A stretch of 64,000 nt of DNA from Lobosporangium transversale (Eukaryota): positions 186,001 through 250,000 of the forward strand of contig NW_019029013.1 in NCBI RefSeq assembly GCF_002105155.1, given 5' to 3'. The position numbers were made by a program, and so were the translations under genes. Below are positions 55,295 through 64,000 of this stretch, piece after piece; the stretch's first letter is position 1; every line of letters starts with the position of its first letter. The notes under the pieces are model-generated. The model was not told the origin of the DNA. It was given only the letters and a program-made list of their open reading frames with translations, and did not search any database.

Positions 55295-56624
55295 AAGAGG
55301 AGGAAAATACAAAATGCGGTGATTTGCAAGTGTTGCAAAGGTCCTGTTGATTGGTGACTGGTTGCGATTATAAAGGATAACCTCTATTTTGATATCGTTC
55401 TAGCTGATGAAGATGCAAGAAGAGCAGGGAAAGAAATAGAAAAAGAAAAAGAAAAAAAAAAAAAGCATCAGGAATTTGTTTAATAATGGATAACTAATCG
55501 CTAATTATCTTTTTTTATAACAATGCATGCAACAAATATGTATCCGGGGAGCTTTTTCAGACGAGTCAAAGAGAGGATGGAACGGTTGTGAGGACTGAGC
55601 ACAGATCCATAAAAACAAAAAAGGTACCACTTGATCGACAGTCAACTGGACGCATGTGGTTCAAATGAAAGAACACATTACAGTAATAGTTCTTTTTCTT
55701 AAAAACCCGAGCTCTCTCACCCTCTCGTCTCTCTTCTTTGGGGTTGCGAGCTATGCTCGTCTAGGTCTTAACATCTTCACTTTTTTTAAAAAAAGAAATA
55801 AGGGATTGTGAGAATCAGCAAGGACCCACAAGAAAAAGAAAAGAGGAGAGATATGACAAGAAAATGAATGGGTCCTAGGGAGTGTTTTGCTGACGAAGTT
55901 AATGCAAATGTGAGAGGATATGCATGTAACACACAAACAATTTATTGCCCGCTTCTGACAATGCATTCGAACAAAAAGATAAAGGCCCCTGTAGACATTC
56001 TTGGTACCTCAATTGTTTCAACATAGCCTCCACCGATCCTTTTTTTTATATACATATTTCTTTCTATCAGTTGTGGATAAAAAAAGATGAGGGCTGAAAA
56101 ATAGTGGATACAAACTTGACGTCAATGCAAAAAAAAAAAAAAAAAAAAAAAAAAGACAAGAAAAAAGTATGAGAAACATTCCGATTCATTCCCTCTTCTT
56201 TTCTTCTCTTCAACCCTTTCCTCGTATAGCGTCATCAGTCCCAAGGCTAAAAACAGTTCAACCCCAAAAAGCAAAAAAGATCCTGCTGATTCCACCCCTG
56301 ATTCGCATGAATGACGAGAGAATAAGACGGAAATGATGATGATTATGACTTTCCATACTTTTTTAAAATTTAACAGACACAATTCAAATAGATTGGATGG
56401 AAGGAGATACGGGTTTTGGAAAAAAGACAGAATTGGATACAGGATTGTGTACCCAACATTCAGTAGGGGTTGGGTTGCAAAAGCCCTTTTTTTAGCAAGT
56501 GCAGGAACAAACCATTCAAACTAGAGTAGAAATGACTTACCGAACACTAGTAAAAAGTAAAAAGTCGAATCTTGTTGTTGCTGTGTTGTTACAATGGTAT
56601 ATACAATATAAAATGGAATTGATA

Positions 56625-56657
<33 letters not shown>

Positions 56658-58164
56658 GTTTGTTTGTATGGACTAGTGTTTAAGTAAAAGTGTTTAAAAG
56701 ACGAGGTTTAAGGATCGTCAAGGCAAGAAAGAGAGTAAAACTGAGTGAGAAAAGCAATGGTGGTGCAAGTGTGCTGTTGTGCAAGGAGAGACAAGCAGTC
56801 CCCTGCTGCGGCTCGTCGAGAAGACAGAGTTAAGAAGAAGGGGTTATTGTTGAAACTAGAGGACGAAGATGGATCAGTTTTTCTCATTGATGATTAGGAT
56901 GATATATTAGCTATCAAGGGGAGCATCCAGCGGCTCACTTTCAAAAGACACAAAAAGAAAAAGAAACGAGAAGGATGAGGCTTTATGGAAGGAGGTGATA
57001 ACAATAAAGAGGAAAAAAAAGAAAGAAATAGAGTAACAGACGAAAATAAGGATGAGAATGAGAATTAGAATAAGAAACAATGGGTATGCGAGTGTGTATC
57101 GTGTGTATAATGGGAGTTGTTTGTGAGTAGGGAGCAAAAAAGAAAAAGAGAAAGAAAGAAAGAAAGAAAGAATGGTTGAAAGTAGAAAAGCAGAAGGAAA
57201 AAAAAAAAAAAAAAAAAAAAAAAAAGATTGGCTGTGTCTGTGCTCTGCCTAGTTCACTTCATTTGGGTACAATAAAATGATACAAAGACATGACATGTAC
57301 AAACATGTACGCCAACATTTTAATTCGGTCAATCAACTTTTCCATTCTTGTCATCCATTCGTATCCACTGTTTACTCTCTACTCTTCATGTCTTAAAAAA
57401 AACAATTACCACCCATCCTTCCGCTCGTTCTAATGTCCACATTTCAGTGCATGCGAAGTCTTTTGTGGTTTGAAATGTATATATAATTACAGGGACAATA
57501 GACATGATATCTGGACAAATTCATCTTAAAACATCCATGTAAATGTACAATCGAAAAACCTAAAAAAACAAAGTTTGGGTGTGGAACCCGGTGGCGATCA
57601 GATCATCCACAGCTCATGTGATCTGACACTTGACCATCCAATCTTTTTTTTTTTTTTTCCTGCCAGCCATGGTGATGGAGCTGATGTTGAATATTATCAT
57701 ACGCCACAACTGGTACTGTACTCACTACATGTCTTATCAGTTTGTAAAATGTGTGAAAACATTCCTGATATTCATATTCTCACAAAACAAACATATGCAT
57801 CATCCTGCAGGCTGATATTGCCCTTGTCTTTCAATGCTTTTTATCTTTTTTTCTCGCTAGCTTCTCTTTCACATGGACTTGTAATGTTATCATTGGTATA
57901 ATATAAAAAAAAATTGACTGTCAAAGAGCTTGTTCTTGATGCTCATACCGTGTCTGACTTTGCCACTCGTCTCTAAACTAAAGAACTAAGCTGCGCCAGC
58001 TTAGCTGCGCCACCTTTTAGGGGGAATGTTTTATCTGTCATAAAAATGTTTTATGCGTCATAATTATATACTATAAGTTTGTTTTTTCTTGCATGTAAAT
58101 TGATATCGACAATAAAAGAAAAAAAAAAAAAAAAAAAAAAAGGAATTAAATGCTAGGAGACTTG

Positions 58165-61100
58165 TTATAGAGGAGCGATGACCGGAATTTGGAAAGTTAC
58201 ACTTGGTGCTCCTGCCGCAGAAGCTCTCCTATTCATTGATCCAGATCCTGTTTCCGAAGTAGACACCATGACTGATGCTGGAACCGTATTTGTTGCACTG
58301 TCCAGACTTAATACTTTTCGAAGCTGCGTCCCTACAGAATCCAAGTTACCACCGCTGGCACTGTTGGCACTACTACCGAAAAATCCGGAACCAGAGTTGT
58401 CTCCAGATTTGGACCTGAATCTGGGACGATGAGGAAGTGGATTATGAAGATTCATCCGGAGCCTAGATCCTCCTCCCAATTGCTTCGCCTGTTCTTCATC
58501 ATCGTCATCATCATCATCATCATCATGTAATGATTCCGATCCTTGCTGATTATGCCGTTGTTGTTGGCACAAAAAATCTACCATGTCCTCCTGGCGGGCT
58601 ATTTGCGCAACACGATCACACTCTACATGAAGGGTATCAAGCCATTGCAAGAGTGTGTCCTCATCTGGCGCACAGCATATAAATGACCTCTTAGCTGTGA
58701 CAATTCGGAGACAGTATTGCTTTGACTTTGATATTGGGTCGGTCTGAAGACAATCGATGATGGTTGACAATGGGATAATCCCATGTGGTTGGTATTCCTG
58801 TTAAAGTTAAAGGAAAAAAAAAAAAAAAAAAAAAAAAAAAATGTTAATGTATTGAAAACCCATCCCGTAGCACGACGAAAACGAATAACAAAAATAATAC
58901 GTGTTATGAGAATGTATTATGATACCAATGAGTAAAGGAAAAAAAAATACCTTAGTGTCTTTGTAATAGGCCAGATTATCGCCTCTTAAAACAAACCACT
59001 TCTTGCGCCATGTCTATATAAATCGATTTCACAGCAGCCCATTAACTTTTAAGCTCATAACAACGGAAAGAAAGAAAACAGGATTGAAGGCGAGATGAAC
59101 ACTATACCTTGTATTTGTTGCTTAGCTTGTAAAGGTGTCCTTGTATGACAACACTACTTTCATGTTGCTCGTCCGTAGCTGTACCAGATGCTGAAGCATT
59201 GGCCTCAGAAGCAACGCGTGCTACTTCTGCTATACAAGGATCAGGACTATCATCCCCTGCATCCTCTTCACTGGAGGATTGGTTGTTATGCTCTTGGCTT
59301 GCCATCCAAAACATTTCTCCGCCCGAATAACATCTGACTGGTGATAATGGTGTCCCTGGGATACTTGGCCCTGCTGCTGCTGCCCCAATAAATGACTGCT
59401 CGGATGAAAGCGAACCCACAGGGGGCTCATTTGAGTACACTTGTTCCATATAAGGAGAGGATGGGGACGAGATTTGTATTGCCTGGGCCTGAGTCTTGGT
59501 CTGAACCCCAGAAGAGGTGATCAGTGATAGGCCTTCTGCAGGGTGCCGCAGTCCACTTGTCCTTATTGTTGGTCTACCCAGAATACTTCCAACTGATTGC
59601 GGAGATGTAGTCCCAACAGATGACGACGTAGTAACGCCTGAAGAGGATGGCACCGCTACGCTTTTACCTTTTGCATGTGGCTTTTCTTTTCCATCTAAAA
59701 GGTCTGGATCTAATAACGACAAAGGTCGCTGTAACTGCCATTTTGGTAAAATCATCCCTGTGACGGAATTTCTTGATGGTGTTGCCGTAGATGCTGTTGG
59801 TGATGATGTTAGATGAAGCTTGTTTGCCATCTGAGAGGTTGAGTGCTGCTGCTGTTGCTGCTGCTGTCCCTCTTGTATAGTTGATAGCTGTGGAGATTGT
59901 TCAAGATGAACTGTTGATTCTGAATAAGATTCCAAGTCCGAGTTTGAAGCCATAAATTCGAATTGAATCTTAGCTTCAGAAATGGCATTGATCCAATCTT
60001 GCATCTCTAGGATATCGGTAGCTTGTACAGAGAAAGTCCGCTGTGGAGTCAAGATGATAAATGTTCCTGGCTTGTGCTTGATAGGCATTGCAGCTGCCCG
60101 ATGGATATCGCGAAGGTCTACAATCCTTAACAATTCATACTCCTAAATAAACAAAGACGCATGCAACGGATGCAACGTATGAATTTCGCTACTTGATTAG
60201 CCACTGTAAGGTTTGTGGCAAATATAACAGCATTTGGCAGGGCATATTTGAAAGTATGCATTCGCCCATTTCTCGTTACTGTTTAATGTTATAAATAAAA
60301 ATTACCTTGTCATCTTTGTAATAGGCCAGCTTGGATGTCCTGAGAACAAACCATCGCTTCTTCCAAATCTAAGCAAGGAGGCCATTCAAAACGACAGCAT
60401 GTTAGGAAATGAATGCTTAGCTGGATCAGACTGCCACCTTACCCTTGTCCCTGACCAACATATATTAATGGATATGATATGCCCGATTCTATTCTTATCG
60501 AATCAAGTTACACTTTCAATTGTTGATTTTTTTTTTTTTTTTTTTTTTGGCTCCTTCTTGGCACTTCCGCGGACTTCTGAACTCATCTCACTCTTTTCAT
60601 CATAGTGCATAAAAAAAATACGTGTTCAGGGGGATGTACATGATTATACATTTTATGTTTAAGATCGTGCTGTGTATCTATTATTTTTGCTTTGACAAGA
60701 GGGATGTACATGTGCAAAGCATGCATGCTTTGTCTTTTGTTTTGTTTTTGTTTTTGTTTTGTTTAAACAGAAATAGGGAACAGATGTTTATATTTACAAT
60801 GCATGTTGGCCACAACAGTTGATAATCATGTTGTTTTTGTTTTGTGTCCGCCCCCTCCTTTTATGACACGATTGATGGAATTCTCGAAGTCAAGAAAAAA
60901 AAGTGACAAGAACACAAACTTGCATTGCTCAAATTGAGCAGTGATTGCATTCGCTTTGAAAACTGAATAAAAACATGCATGATTTGTGCCCTGTTTACCT
61001 TGAGTCGTTCACCCTTCTTCATAAGATAACCTGACTTGATGATTTGACCTTCCTGCAGCGTCTCTCTTGTCGCCCCTACCCATTTACCAAGTGGTGCATC

Positions 61101-61370
61101 TATATCGGAGTCATCGTACTGATCAAAAGACTCCTCTGTAGGTGTTGATACAGTAACTGCTGCTGTATTTGATGTGGGCACCATTGTTGCTGTTGTTGTT
61201 ATTGCAGTAGTAGTGGTACTGGTGGTGTCTGTTAACATTGTAAGCGGCGATGGTTTGGGTGGAGATAATTTTGAGAGTGTTTGGAAAGTAACTTTAATGT
61301 TGTCGTCCTTGGTGGCATGACCAACAGAAGAAGCAGCGACCTGCAGATGCAGAGTGGTGATCATTTTCAT
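58165..61370 (-). CDS. Tandem PH-domain protein (Opy1-like)
   Basis: PH1: KSGYLMKKGERLK|IWKKRWFVLRTSKLAYYKDDK|EYELLRIVDL...EMQDWINAI. PH2: QGHLYKLSNKYK|TWRKKWFVLRGDNLAYYKDTK|EYQPHGII...LLQWLDTL. Start codon uncertain. Confidence 0.85.
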
Positions 61371-62657
61371 TGTTTTTATGTATGGACATGTAACGTCATG
61401 CAGTCCGAGCATGAGGACCAAAAAAAAAAAAAAAAAAAAAAAAGCGTGAGTTTACATTCTTTAACCTTTTTTGTGATAGCGTTGGCGTGATTCCAATTGC
61501 TTTCTTTTTGAATATTTTCAGGAACAAAAAGTGTATGAAAGCGTGTACAAAAAGAAAAAAAGGTTTCCAATTGACAAGAACAAAAGACAGAGAAACAAAT
61601 GGCGATCATTCGTTCATCCTGAAGCTTTATTTTTCTTTTACACATTTCAGGGTCCGGACTCTTTCAAAGAAAGGAATGGTTAGAATCCAGCGTGTAATGT
61701 CCGTTTCCACTTGCCCCTTTTTTTCTCTTTCCTTTGTCCTTTTCAATCATCCTCCATTTCTCTTTTCACCCACGTTTATGACATCGTGGAACAGGCTCTA
61801 CCCCTGAACTGTTCAACGCCCTTTTAGGAATCCTTTGGAATAAATGTTTTTTTTTACCTGAATGTGAGAGACTGCCATAGTATCAATATGAAATTGAATT
61901 AATTAATTATGAAAGTAAAGAGTATAACTGTAAAAGGGCAAAAGGAGAAAAAAGGAAGAGAAAGGCAATCGTTTCGTGAGAAGGAATGTGGATGGGTTGA
62001 GTGCTGAATATGATGTATATATCCTATATATCAAGGTACTAAGGTGGAGAGTGAAAATAAAATAAAATGCTCGAGTGGGTGACTGTGTGGGTATGGATCA
62101 CAAACGTGTTCAAACGAAATTATATAAAAGAAAGAAAAACTAAGGAACGTGTCGTTGTAGTATTAATGAGCATAAAGTTAAGGAAAGTACAAGAATGACC
62201 ACGATGAAATGAATGAAAGAATGAAAATGAATGAAGACGATTAGGAATGAGTAAAAATAAAAAAATAAAAAAAATTAAAAAATTAAAAAGAATATCAATT
62301 TCCATGGTGTACCAAAGCTTTTTTATACTCCTCATTTTGTGTGCATGGTTTGACACAATTACAACCTGGATATACTTGTCCATTTTCAAAAAGGCTGAAT
62401 GTCTGTACTCTCATATTCTCATATACTTTTTTCGACCATGAAACACGCTCAGCAAACGTGGCTTCCGCATACTGTGCTGTGCCTCCAAAGAGGGGAAGAG
62501 ATAAGAAGGAGAGGGGGGACTTCTTCCTCAGGCACCCGCCCCCTGCTCCCTTACTTTGCTTATTACATTTACAATAAATATATATATATGCATTATTATT
62601 TTCTACTGGACTGGATTAGGTTATGCATAATATCTATCTGGAGTACCAAGGTCTTTT

Positions 62658-64000
62658 TTACTTCCGCTCACCAATACATTCGCCCATCCGCACAAGGGTT
62701 TCAATGCCTTTTAGTGAGCTAGCAACCAAGTCCTGATCAAACTGTACAGCCCCTGCCTTGAAAAGTAATATACAAGTAGATCCACCATATGCAAAGAAGC
62801 CTAGCTCATCACCTTTGCGAACCCTGTTACCCGGCTCCTTTGCGCCTGTCAATTGAACAGATCCAACTAAGGTCATCAACAAAAAAAAAAAAAAAAAAAA
62901 AAAAGTAAGCAAAAATGTAGCTACAAACATTCATACATTTGAAATAAATTGATGAAGTAATTAAGCCAACACCGGGTTTTTTTTTGTTCATACCAAGTAA
63001 AGCCCCGATGGAGACAAAGACACATTGGTCAAATTGAGCATTTCTACCACCAGTGTTCGTGCTGTTGCTATTATTGCTACCTTCATCTTCATCCTTTCCC
63101 TCTTCTTGCTCGAGATCAATCAAGGTGACCTGGCGTACGTTCTCAGTAAAGACATTGATGTCTGAATTGACTGCCATAGGATTCACAGTATAATAAGTCC
63201 CAGCAATCTTGAAGGGCTCTTTGACAATCGTACCTGTGACAGGAGAATGGAATCGGTGATAATCCTGTGGTGCCAGACGAAACAGCGCAATGGATCCACC
63301 TTCATATTTCGAAGCTAGAATTTCATCCTTGAGAAGCTCTTTGATCGAAAATAGTTTGCCCTTGATCCAAACTTGCGTCGCAGCACTAATGGACTCGAAC
63401 ACGCAAAGACGACAATCCGCACTCGACACGATAATATTCTATAGTCGAAATCGGTAAAAAGGTTAATTTTTTTTTTTTGCTTGTATAATAATGTGACGCC
63501 ATCTTCTTTTTTCTTTTACTTACAGGATTGTCTACGAAATGGATAGGACGTGCATCCGGCCGTAGTTTACGATAAAAGAATTCGTTGAACGATTTATACT
63601 GCTTGAGATCGGGCTGCAGAAGCTCCGATAGATCCAATTTATAAGTCTTGATGAAATGCTCGATTTGGGCTACTGATTCTGATGCATCAAAATGTTTCCC
63701 TTGCTTCACCGACTCGGCTGAGAATAGATGATGGATCTTGTGTGTTTGGAGTACTAAAAAAACAAAAAACAAAAAAAAAAAAAAAAAAAAGGAAGGATGA
63801 GGAAATGGTAGTGGAGGGTACAGTTATAGCCATGTCCAAGTAATAAAAATCTAAGTATACAAGTTTTCTATAACCGTAAATCATGCGAGTCATGCGAATC
63901 ATACGAATACAAAAAAAAAAAAAAAGCTTACATTTACGATCCAACATGGTGGCAAACAGAAGATGCATACCAATTCGTACATATATTGGCATATCTTCCC
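62658..64000 (-). CDS. Phosphatidylserine decarboxylase (Psd2-like), 5' part outside the window
   Basis: FNEFFYRKL, SSADCRL, WIKG, FRLAPQDYHRFHSP, YYTVNPMAV, GALLVGS, and the autocleavage motif GFFAYGGST. Confidence 0.92.

Overview
Intron-rich, AT-rich eukaryotic DNA from a fungus. Gene content and style best fit an early-diverging lineage (Mucoromycota/Mortierellaceae-like); this placement is my inference. About 20 spliced protein-coding genes can be assembled by hand. Conserved genes: ARP3, an SPT23/MGA2 membrane-bound transcription factor, an MGMT/Ogt alkyltransferase, MET30/sconB F-box-WD40, prohibitin PHB1, a CYP86-clan-like P450, PA2G4/Cdb4, a C2H2 transcription factor, PHO88/SND3, glucosidase I (CWH41/MOGS), an OPT/YSL transporter, a PRL/PTP4A phosphatase, a tandem-PH (Opy1-like) protein and a truncated PS decarboxylase. 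Interleaved with them are five divergent genes with a MATH-like N-domain plus BTB that share a phase-1 intron and a C-terminal motif. Other highlights: a 215-codon in-frame ORF directly behind the UGA-C stop of a CaaX-less PRL (readthrough candidate); a 15-bp hairpin in PHB1 intron 1 with T20 where one T is expected; splice acceptors preceded by poly(A); and a six-exon TMEM179-like gene that the ORF track misses. I found no rRNA, tRNA, CRISPR array or intact transposon. All exon boundaries are manual predictions.
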